Below, in pieces: positions 9,500-17,735 of a stretch of DNA of 46,164 nucleotides (position 1 is its first letter; each line of letters opens with the position of its first letter). A program made the translations under genes and the position numbers. The stretch is from Bdellovibrionota bacterium (GTDB taxonomy: Bacteria; Bdellovibrionota_C; UBA2361; JBGSMV01). Under the pieces are notes generated by a model, which did not search any database, was not told where the DNA came from, and saw only the letters and a list, made by a program, of their open reading frames with translations. The stretch lies in the NCBI GenBank assembly GCA_044356455.1, contig JBIKWF010000024.1:1-46164 (forward strand), given 5' to 3'.

Positions 9500-10522
9500 G
9501 TGATTAAAAGCACTTCTCATACCCCAGCTTCGGAGTCTGTCCTCGAGCACCACGAAGCAACCTACTCTGGGTCACGAGATTACAAGTGGCTACTTTCGAC
9601 CCTTACCTCAAAACCACTGCGCTTTATTCTTGCCGTCATTTGGTTTGTGTTCACCGTTTCACTGAGCGGTTGGTGGGTCATTTTTGGCTTGCAGCAGATC
9701 GACAACCTCATGGAGCTAAAGCACGATGGTATCGATATCCTCGTGAGGCATCAGAAAATGCTGCTCTGGGAGGGCGGAGCACTTTTTGTCTCACTTGTGT
9801 TAGGAGGCAGCGCCCTGGCTTATTTCATGGTTCGAGAAAGGCGCCAGTCCGAGCAGGTCCAGCGTTTTCTTGCCACCTTTACTCACGAGCTAAAAACCCC
9901 TCTCGCCAGTTTGCGCCTGCAGGCCGAATCGCTTCAGGACTCGCGCGGTAGCCCTGAGCACTCGCAGGCACTTCTTCAGCGCCTGGTAGCCGACACCGCC
10001 CGGCTCACGCTCCAGCTGAACAACTGTCTTTTTGTCGCAGATGCCACCAGCAAAGGAATTGGCAAGCGCTCTCTCCGAATAGAACCACTTTCACTCCGCG
10101 CTGCCCTGCAGGCCATCGCCCCGCAGTGGCCAAGCCTTACAGTCCACTGCCCTCAGGACGCAACGCTCCTCGCCGACGCGCGGGGGCTTGAAAGCATTCT
10201 GCAGAATTTGCTTCAAAATGCAGTAACCCACGGCAAGGCTTCGCGCGTTGAGGTGCTTGCACGGCCCCATAGCCAAGACCATGTTTCAGTCCTGGTGCAG
10301 AATAACGGAGCGCCCTTTAAGGGAAACCGCAGCATGCTTGGCAAGCTCTTTGCGAGATTTTATTCAGGAAGCGGCAGTGGGATAGGTCTTTACCTTGTTC
10401 GCACACTTACGACTCTTCTTGGCGGAACAGTCTCAATCTCTCCCCGTGAAACCGGTTTCGAAGTAGAGTTAGTGCTCCCAGGCTCGCTTCGCGTGGCGCC
10501 TGATTCGAGGGAGCTGCCGTGA
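9500..10522 (+). CDS. Membrane sensor histidine kinase
   Basis: Two TM helices, H-box FTHELKTPLASLRL, N-box NLLQNAVTHG, G-box GSGSGIGLYLV. Start uncertain; GTG 9500 avoids overlap with tonB. Confidence 0.92.
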   Translation: MIKSTSHTPASESVLEHHEATYSGSRDYKWLLSTLTSKPLRFILAVIWFVFTVSLSGWWVIFGLQQIDNLMELKHDGIDILVRHQKMLLWEGGALFVSLVLGGSALAYFMVRERRQSEQVQRFLATFTHELKTPLASLRLQAESLQDSRGSPEHSQALLQRLVADTARLTLQLNNCLFVADATSKGIGKRSLRIEPLSLRAALQAIAPQWPSLTVHCPQDATLLADARGLESILQNLLQNAVTHGKASRVEVLARPHSQDHVSVLVQNNGAPFKGNRSMLGKLFARFYSGSGSGIGLYLVRTLTTLLGGTVSISPRETGFEVELVLPGSLRVAPDSRELP

Positions 10523-11238
10523 GCAAACTATTACTTCTAGAGGACGACGAATCTTTGGGGCAAACCCTCACCGAGCGTCTTAGCTTAGAGCATTATCAGG
10601 TACACTGGGCAAAAACGCGCGCGGAGGCGGAGCTTGCGTGCGGCACTCGCGGGATGGCTGAACCGCCTCGCCCGCGTGGAATCGTGGTACCCTTTGATTT
10701 GCTCATCTTGGACATTGGACTTCCAGACGGGTCTGGCCTCGACTTCGCACGCGACCTGCGATTTGTTAGTAGCGTGCCCATTATTTTTCTTTCTGCGCTG
10801 AGTTCCCCTGAATACCGCCTCGAAGGTTTTGAGATTGGCGCCGAGGACTATGTCCCCAAACCCTTTCACCTTAAGGAACTCCTGCTTCGCGTGCGCAAGG
10901 TTCTCGATGCGCACCGCGTGCCGCAAACGGTCGATGCAAATGGTTTCTCGCTTGATGTGAAGGGATTATCGGTAGTGTTCCCTGACGGCAGACGCGAATT
11001 TCCCGCGCCCCGGGATTTTCAGCTGCTTTGCATGTTGGTGGAAAACGCCCCGAAAGTTATCAGCCGCGAGGAAATACTTGCAAAGTTATGGGCAGGAGAA
11101 TCAGCTCAGACCGGACGCACCGTCGACAATGCCATCGTGCGCTTACGCCAGTTACTCCGCTCCGTTGAAGGCGATCCGATACGCTCCGTAAGAGGAATTG
11201 GCTATCAATTCGTCGCGAGTAAGGGAACTGGATCTTAG
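10519..11238 (+). CDS. OmpR/PhoB-family response regulator
   Basis: LLLEDD, LILDIGLPDGSGL, IIFLSA, DYVPKPF and winged helix RTVDNAIVRLR...IRSVRGIGY. GTGA overlap with the kinase. Confidence 0.95.
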   Translation: MSKLLLLEDDESLGQTLTERLSLEHYQVHWAKTRAEAELACGTRGMAEPPRPRGIVVPFDLLILDIGLPDGSGLDFARDLRFVSSVPIIFLSALSSPEYRLEGFEIGAEDYVPKPFHLKELLLRVRKVLDAHRVPQTVDANGFSLDVKGLSVVFPDGRREFPAPRDFQLLCMLVENAPKVISREEILAKLWAGESAQTGRTVDNAIVRLRQLLRSVEGDPIRSVRGIGYQFVASKGTGS

Positions 11239-11371
11239 GGAGCCTCTGAAGAACCTAGATATCTTATTTTTTCTCTCCGTGAGCTCTGTGCCCTCTGTGG
11301 TTGATTTAAATTGTTGAAAAACCACAGAGGGCACCGAGCTCACGGAGTGTGACTCTTTCAGAGCTTCTTTA
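11236..11371. repeat. Family A IR-bounded palindromic element
   Basis: tagggagcctctgaagaa...tctttcagagcttcttta enclosing ctccgtgagctctgtgccctctgtggtt / aaccacagagggcaccgagctcacggag. It fills the whole gap between two convergent stop codons. Confidence 0.85.
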
Positions 11372-12652
11372 GGATCCGCGTGGAACAATCACTTCCTGCC
11401 CACCCATATAGGGCCTTAAAACTTTCGGAATCACGACACTCCCATCAGCCTGCTGATTCATCTCGAGCAGCGGAATAAGGATACGCGGAGAAGCAACGAG
11501 GGTGTTGTTGAGAGTATGACAGATAACATTCTTCCCGTTCTCGTCCTTGTAGCGCGTCTTAAGCCGGCGCGCCTGAAACTCATGGAAGGTTGAGCAGCTA
11601 TGGGTTTCCCCGAAGTTATTTCGAGATGGCATCCAGGCTTCAATGTCATTCTTATAGACCTGTCCGCGCCCAAGATCTCCGGTGCACACCTCAACGATGC
11701 GGTACGGGAGCTCTAGCATCTGCATGAAATCCTCCGCATTCTTGAGCAGCTCAGCATGAAGCATCTCGCTTTCCTTGGCGTCAGCCTTGCAGATGACGAC
11801 TTGCTCTACCTTATAGAACTGGTGAATGCGGTAAATGCCAGCCGTATCCTTACCGGCCGATCCCGCTTCGCGGCGATAGCAAGGCGAATATCCGGCGTAC
11901 CGCAGCGGAAGTTTGCTAGCCTCAAGTATCTCGTCTTGATGATACGAGCAGACCGAAACCTCAGAGGTTCCAATCAAATAGGTATCTGCATCTCTCTCGT
12001 CAAGTTTATACGCTGACTCTTCTCCACCAGGAAAATAGCTCGTCCCCATCATGGCTTCGTAGTGCACGAGGTGCGGAGGATCCATGAGGATGTAGCCGCG
12101 GCGATGAATATGATCGAGCGCGCATTGCATCACGGCGTGCTGAAGACGCGCACCGTCGCCCTTTAAGAAATAAAAGCGAGTGCCGCTAATTTTCACGCCT
12201 CGGTCAATATCGAGAATGTCGAGATGTTTCCCAAGTTCGACATGGTCTCTTAGCTTAAAGCTGAAGTTTGGAAGCGTACCCCAGCGCCGACTCTCAACAT
12301 TCTCGGTATCATCCTTACCCACGGGAACCTTGGCGAGGGCAGGCTGAGGAATAAAAAGCTGCTGCCGGGTCCATTCAGCTTCAAGCTCTGCAAGCTGCTG
12401 AGAGCCGTCTTTTAGCTGGGCGGCGATATCTTTCATTTCCTCAAGGCGCTTTGCCTTAAGGTCGCCCTGAAGCTTTGGAATTTCTTTACTCGCTGCGTTT
12501 TGCTGGGCGCGAAGTTGCTCAACGGAACCCTTGAGGGCTTTAAGCTTCGCATCGAGAGCCAAGAAGGCATCAACATCAAACTGAATTCGCTTCTTGAGGC
12601 AGGCGTCTTTGTAAACTTCCGGCCGCTCTCGTAAGTCGTATAGATCAATCAT
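11369..12652 (-). CDS. serS: Serine--tRNA ligase
   Basis: N-terminal coiled coil, YLIGTSEV, CYRREAGSAGKDTAGIYRIHQFYKVEQ, ETHSCS, HTLNNT. Confidence 0.98.
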   Translation of the reverse strand: MIDLYDLRERPEVYKDACLKKRIQFDVDAFLALDAKLKALKGSVEQLRAQQNAASKEIPKLQGDLKAKRLEEMKDIAAQLKDGSQQLAELEAEWTRQQLFIPQPALAKVPVGKDDTENVESRRWGTLPNFSFKLRDHVELGKHLDILDIDRGVKISGTRFYFLKGDGARLQHAVMQCALDHIHRRGYILMDPPHLVHYEAMMGTSYFPGGEESAYKLDERDADTYLIGTSEVSVCSYHQDEILEASKLPLRYAGYSPCYRREAGSAGKDTAGIYRIHQFYKVEQVVICKADAKESEMLHAELLKNAEDFMQMLELPYRIVEVCTGDLGRGQVYKNDIEAWMPSRNNFGETHSCSTFHEFQARRLKTRYKDENGKNVICHTLNNTLVASPRILIPLLEMNQQADGSVVIPKVLRPYMGGQEVIVPRGS

Positions 12653-12762
12653 GGCTAGTCCTTCTCCAAGGCCCCGAAAATACTGACAATCAGAGTATTT
12701 TGCAACGCTCTGAAGAACGAAGATTTCAGCCGCCCCACCCCGTTATTCGACAAAATCCCCTC

Positions 12763-12797
12763 TTCTTAGTGGTCTCCGTGGTCTTCGTGGTTGTCCC
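12763..12797. repeat. Solo 9-bp-periodic repeat arm
   Basis: ttcttagtggtctccgtggtcttcgtggttgtccc is the near reverse complement of gggacaaccactaagaacacagagaccactaagaa at 33461-33495. Confidence 0.7.
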
Positions 12798-12875
12798 CCC
12801 TACTACCAACGAGAAACTCCCATCGAAAGAATCCGAAAAAGCAGGTACAGTTTTCGCTCAAAAGAACAGGGAGTC

Positions 12876-15086
12876 ATGGAAGCACCTCAAGGGGAAGAAC
12901 AGGTTGTGCGCGGAACTATAAAGCGCGTCACCTTTCACAACCCAGAAAACGGCTATGCCGTCATTCAACTTGCCGTATCAGGCAGAGGAGATGACGTAAC
13001 CGTGGTGGGGTCCTGCCTTAAGGCCTCCGTGGGCGCTCAGCTCGTCGTACGAGGTACTTTTAAGACTCACCCGCGCTTTGGCATTCAACTCGCCGCAAGC
13101 TCCATTACCGAAACCCTCCCAAGCAGCATCGAAGGCATCGCAAACTATTTGGGGAGCGGCATTATTAAGGGCATAGGCCCTAAGACAGCTGAGCGCTTAG
13201 TGGAAGAACTTGGCGACAAAGCCCTAGACATCATCTGCCAAGAACCTGACCGCGTCGCAAAAATAACGGGCGTCGGAAAAAAGAAAGCCGCCCTCCTCAA
13301 AGACACCCTTGCAGCCCAGAAAGGCGTGCAAGAGATTATGCGTTTTCTGCTTGAGCACCATGTTTCCCAGGGGCTTGCGGGCCGCATCTATGAAAAGTTT
13401 GGCAATCGATCCATTGAGATTATCTCTAAGGATCCCTACCTGCTGGCGCGCGAGATGCGGGGCGTGGGGTTTGCCACGGCTGATACGATAGCCTTAAACC
13501 TTGGCATTAAACCGGACGCCCCCCAGCGCCTAAAGGCTGGGCTCTACTACGCCCTAGAACGCGCCACCGACGATGGGCACTGTTTTCTGACGGAGTCCCA
13601 ACTTCTCCAGAAAGCCTCATTCTTGCTCGGTATTGGAGAGGAGCACGCCGGCCTGCTCTCCCCTGAAATTGAAGCGCTCATACAAGAGGGCTACCTCTAC
13701 CGCTCTTTTGAAGGCCTCTACTTAAGGCACTTGTTACATGCTGAAGAATTTGTAGCCAAATTTGTCGCGGAAAGGACCACTCCACGCGACATTCCCGATC
13801 TTAGCGCTGCCGATATTGAAGACGCTCTCGCCTCGGCGCAGCTAAGCCTTGGCGTTACCTTTTCGCCTGAGCAGCGCCTGGCGGTCGAGACCGCCGCGAC
13901 TTACCGCTTCATGATTATCACCGGAGGCCCAGGCTGCGGTAAAACAACTCTCATCCGCGCGCTTTCGGTTCTCTATCAGCGCGCCGGGCGCAGACTATTT
14001 CTCGCTGCCCCTACCGGACGCGCCGCGCAGCGTATGGGCTCTGTCTGCGAAATGAACGCGAGCACCATTCATCGCCTTTTGCGATATGACCCTATGAAGC
14101 GCACGTTCCTGCATGGCATCAATGACCCGCTTCCCACGGACGTGGTCATTATCGACGAAGCTTCCATGATAGATGTGCAGCTTGCGAAGGATCTTTTCTC
14201 GGCTATCCCCAAAGACGCCACCTTGATTCTTGTAGGAGACAAGGACCAACTGCCCTCGGTGGGCCCGGGCCGCGTTTTTGGTGACCTTATTGCCGTGGAA
14301 GAGGTGCGCACCGTGAGTCTCTCAAGGCTCTTCCGCCGCAAGGAAGAGTCTGCAATTACAAGCGTCGCGCATCTTATTAACTCTGGAATCCTACCAGAAA
14401 TTCCTGAGCCGGATGGGGTAACGAAATCTGATGCCTACTTTCTCCCCCGCGTTTCCCCCGAAGAGGCAGGACTCACTATTGAAAAGTTAGTTTCGGAAAC
14501 AATTCCGAAGAAATTTGGCATGAGCGGCTCCGAAATCGCAGTTCTCACCCCCTCCAATCGCGGAGAACTTGGAGCTGAAAGACTCAATCAACGACTGCAA
14601 CAGAGACTCAACCCACCAGGGTCAAAAGACTCAGAGCAAGAAGTTACCGTTAATGGCCATACCTTTAGGCTAGGCGACCGCGTTTGCCAGAGAGTTAATA
14701 ATTACAATCTTGATGACATCGGCGTCTTCAATGGTGACACGGGAGAGATCTACGAAATTGATAAGCAGTCAAAGACGGTAACCGTAGATCTTTGGGATGG
14801 CCGCTTGATCAAGTATGGCATGAGCGACCTCTCGCAGCTTTCACTGGCATATGCGCTCACGGTCCACCGCTCGCAAGGCTCAGAGATGCCCTGCGTGGTC
14901 CTCGCCTTACATGATTCGCACTTTACGCTTCTTGATAGGCAGCTGATTTATACCGCGGTCACGAGGGCGAAAAGACTCCTGGTAGTCGTGGGCTCAAAGC
15001 GCGCGCTCTCGATGTCGGTAAAACGCACAAGCTCTCGGCGGCGCAACTCTAACCTTAAAGAGCGTATACAGGCTCAGCTACGTTAG
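12876..15086 (+). CDS. recD2: ATP-dependent RecD2-like SF1B DNA helicase
   Basis: N-terminal OB fold (HPRFGIQL), HhH YLGSGIIKGIGPKTA, Walker A TGGPGCGKTT, APTGRAA, DEASM, VGDKDQLPSVGPG, AYALTVHRSQGSE, YTAVTRAK. Confidence 0.96.
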   Translation: MEAPQGEEQVVRGTIKRVTFHNPENGYAVIQLAVSGRGDDVTVVGSCLKASVGAQLVVRGTFKTHPRFGIQLAASSITETLPSSIEGIANYLGSGIIKGIGPKTAERLVEELGDKALDIICQEPDRVAKITGVGKKKAALLKDTLAAQKGVQEIMRFLLEHHVSQGLAGRIYEKFGNRSIEIISKDPYLLAREMRGVGFATADTIALNLGIKPDAPQRLKAGLYYALERATDDGHCFLTESQLLQKASFLLGIGEEHAGLLSPEIEALIQEGYLYRSFEGLYLRHLLHAEEFVAKFVAERTTPRDIPDLSAADIEDALASAQLSLGVTFSPEQRLAVETAATYRFMIITGGPGCGKTTLIRALSVLYQRAGRRLFLAAPTGRAAQRMGSVCEMNASTIHRLLRYDPMKRTFLHGINDPLPTDVVIIDEASMIDVQLAKDLFSAIPKDATLILVGDKDQLPSVGPGRVFGDLIAVEEVRTVSLSRLFRRKEESAITSVAHLINSGILPEIPEPDGVTKSDAYFLPRVSPEEAGLTIEKLVSETIPKKFGMSGSEIAVLTPSNRGELGAERLNQRLQQRLNPPGSKDSEQEVTVNGHTFRLGDRVCQRVNNYNLDDIGVFNGDTGEIYEIDKQSKTVTVDLWDGRLIKYGMSDLSQLSLAYALTVHRSQGSEMPCVVLALHDSHFTLLDRQLIYTAVTRAKRLLVVVGSKRALSMSVKRTSSRRRNSNLKERIQAQLR

Positions 15087-15100
15087 TCCCGAAGGCTATC

Positions 15101-15228
15101 TAGGGAATCTCTGAAAAACCTCCATCCTTAATACACCTCTGTGTACCTCTGAGACCTCTGTGGTGAACTTCTTCATGAAAATTTCACCGCAGAGGTACAC
15201 AGAGGTTAGCTTTTCAGAGGTTCCCTTA
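15101..15228. repeat. Family A IR-bounded palindromic element
   Basis: tagggaatctctgaaaa...ttttcagaggttccctta with internal acctctgtgtacctctg..ggtgaa / ttcaccgcagaggtacacagaggt. Starts 14 bp after the recD2 stop. Confidence 0.88.
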
Positions 15229-15566
15229 TCTTCCGCCCGGCTTCTTGTGAGGCTGGGTCTCATGAAATGATTAGCTATCGCAGGCTCTTAGAGTTCCCTC
15301 GAACCTTGGCACCAGAGACTGCCCCAATTCCCTATAACTGCGTCTCACCTCGAAGATACTTGGCGAAGGTTTGATAGATCGCGGCTCGGGCTTCACGCAT
15401 CTCATATCTGACAAGTCTCTGAAAGAAGTCTCCCTTCGTGCCCCCCGCGCACTTAGCGCTAAGTTTCATCAAGAAGTGAACGCGGAGCTGCTCAAAGGAT
15501 GAGGCGTTTCCAGAGATTCTTCAGCAGAGCTGATTACCGCACGAGTAAGATAAGGAAATTATACTA

Positions 15567-17096
15567 ATGAAAACCTTCCATTCTATTTTCCTTGCCGGCC
15601 TCGTGCTCAGCCTTACTCAAACCGCCCAAACTGCACACGCGCAGATCCTGACTCAAACTCCGACTCAAGTAAGCCTGTCGACAACCGGAGGGGCCCCTGA
15701 CGGCCCGAGCTACTTGCCCGTGGCCGGAGCAAATGGAGAGGGCTTCGTCTTCGAATCTTTTGCTTCCAATTTGGTTGCGAATGATACCAACGGTCGAAAC
15801 GACGTATTCTTTCGTTCCAAGCAAACAAACCAAATTGTGCGGGCGAGCGTCAGCACCTCGGGAGCCGAAGGCGATGCCTCCTCATCGGCGCCTTCCATGA
15901 GCCTTACTCTCGCCAATGGTTTTTATGCCATTGCCTTTGAATCACGGGCGAGCTCCTTTGGCAGCATTCCGAATCCAAGCGCGCTGCGAAATATCTACGT
16001 TCGATTTCCGACTCTAGGAATCACTGAAATAGCCTCTCCGGCGCTAGGATTCACCCTTCCCGACGGCGACAGCTCGGAGCCGTCAGTAGCCGCAGTGACC
16101 GAAGATGATGGCAAAAACAAGATCCTGATTGCCTTTAGCTCTGTCGCAACAAACTTAGTGGCGGGAGACATCAATGGCTTCTCAGACATTTTTCTTGCAA
16201 CTCTCACTCCACCAAGCTCCACGAGTTATTCTCCAGCGACCCTGACCACGCTCACGCGCATCACCAACTCTGCCATCGCCGGAGAAGAAATTAATGGGCA
16301 CTCGTTCTTCCCTCAAATAAGCTCAGACGGGCGCTACATTATTTTCTGTTCTCGCGCCCGCAATCTCGTCTCTCCTGCCATTATTAACCTCAACGAAAAC
16401 TCTCAGGTGTTCCGATACGACATACAAACGGGGGAAACTATTCTCGTGAGCAAAACCACCGCAGGGCTACCCGGGGATAGCGATAGCTACTATCCACGTA
16501 TTAGCTACACCGGGAGATACGCAGCTTATTTTTCTTTTGCGACAAATATCGTGGGGTCTGAAACCACGCGCCCAAACTTTCCATTTATCGTTCGTTACGA
16601 CGCAGTTACTGACACGACCCAGCAAGTAAATCTGGCAGCTGACGGAACAAGTAGTGGCCTTGGTCAGCTCAATTCCCTGGGGATCACCGCTAACGGCCGC
16701 CTCATCACCTTTGGAGATGTTTCAAATGCACTCGTGCCCGATGACACCAATGGCCAAGGGGACATCTTCGTGAAAGATATGGAGAACGGCCAGATAGCAC
16801 GCCTCTCGACGGGCCCGGGTGGAGTACAAAGCAATGGCACCAGTTTTAACCCGACGCTTACGGCTACCACTTTGAACGGGCAAACCTTCGCCGTGGTGTT
16901 TGAATCTCTCGCCACGAACCTCACTTCCACGGCGACCGTTTCGGGAACAGGAGATCTTTACAGCACGGGATTTACCGTCGCGGTGCCTCAGCTTGGCTCG
17001 AGCACGCAGCTTGAAACGCCTCCTGACGTAACCCTCAATAGAAAACGGGTCACGATAACGACGCAAAAGTTTGCGGTTCAAAGCTCCGGAAATTAA
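15567..17096 (+). CDS. Secreted TolB-like/PD40-repeat beta-propeller protein
   Basis: Signal peptide ending AHA. Repeated FxSxAxNLVxxDxNGxxD(V/I)F and ISSDGRY / ITANGR blades. Confidence 0.85.
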   Translation: MKTFHSIFLAGLVLSLTQTAQTAHAQILTQTPTQVSLSTTGGAPDGPSYLPVAGANGEGFVFESFASNLVANDTNGRNDVFFRSKQTNQIVRASVSTSGAEGDASSSAPSMSLTLANGFYAIAFESRASSFGSIPNPSALRNIYVRFPTLGITEIASPALGFTLPDGDSSEPSVAAVTEDDGKNKILIAFSSVATNLVAGDINGFSDIFLATLTPPSSTSYSPATLTTLTRITNSAIAGEEINGHSFFPQISSDGRYIIFCSRARNLVSPAIINLNENSQVFRYDIQTGETILVSKTTAGLPGDSDSYYPRISYTGRYAAYFSFATNIVGSETTRPNFPFIVRYDAVTDTTQQVNLAADGTSSGLGQLNSLGITANGRLITFGDVSNALVPDDTNGQGDIFVKDMENGQIARLSTGPGGVQSNGTSFNPTLTATTLNGQTFAVVFESLATNLTSTATVSGTGDLYSTGFTVAVPQLGSSTQLETPPDVTLNRKRVTITTQKFAVQSSGN

Positions 17097-17110
17097 CGCC
17101 CTCACAGAGT

Positions 17111-17254
17111 TAGGGAGCCTCTAGGAAACTTCTTTTTCCCCTTCGCGTCCTTTGCGTCCTTCGCGTTATCTCGCAATCTATCGCGCAGCCGCAATGTTTG
17201 GGTTTAACGCGAAGGTCGCGAAGAGCACGAAGGAGGATTTTTTCAGAGGCCCTA
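17111..17254. repeat. Family A element, CGCGAAG hairpin variant
   Basis: tagggagcctctaggaaa...tttttcagaggcccta enclosing cttcgcgtcctttgcgtccttcgcgtta / taacgcgaaggtcgcgaagagcacgaag. Confidence 0.8.
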
Positions 17255-17605
17255 GGTAATAGTCACCTTTTGGCGTGGACTAAAGGGCGTCGTTCGCCGC
17301 GGGCTGCCCTTGGAAGCAGTCTGAATAACGCGATATCTCGAGGTATAGGTCCCTGGCTTCAGGTTCTTAAACGCGGCGGAGTTGCGCTTACTTATGTATT
17401 TGTATCTGGCACGCTTGACCGCCCCAGAGCCCTCAAGCCGAATGTCATAGCGAATCGATGACCGCGCCGCACTAGTCACTGGAGGGGACAGGGCAACTTG
17501 ATGGGAGGTACTATCTGCCTCAGCATCCCCTACGCGCCCAGAATTCTGAGCAAGATACGCCGTCGCAAGAAGGAGAGCCGCAAGCATCCTAATAGAGTAA
17601 GCCAT
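17252..17605 (-). CDS. Small exported protein with a partial fibronectin-III-like C-terminus
   Basis: Hydrophobic N-terminus (RMLAALLLATAYLA) and an FN3-like segment IRYDIRL...FKNLKPGTYTSRYRV...FSP. Start uncertain (17644, 17605 or 17587). Confidence 0.6.
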   Translation of the reverse strand: MAYSIRMLAALLLATAYLAQNSGRVGDAEADSTSHQVALSPPVTSAARSSIRYDIRLEGSGAVKRARYKYISKRNSAAFKNLKPGTYTSRYRVIQTASKGSPRRTTPFSPRQKVTIT

Positions 17606-17735
17606 ACCAGAGCCTATCGGCTCTCTCAGGTCACGGCATAACAAGAGTTTTTAGGTACCCGAGAGGCCCCTTAAAGCCTTTAAATACGCCGATTCGCGCA
17701 CCCACCACTAAGGCCAGGAGAAACCTGGTCGCCTT

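Noticed and set aside
15230..15560. Possible ncRNA or small gene between recD2 and the propeller gene
   Set aside because: Only a short ORF of about 43 codons from a TTG, with no recognisable RNA motif.
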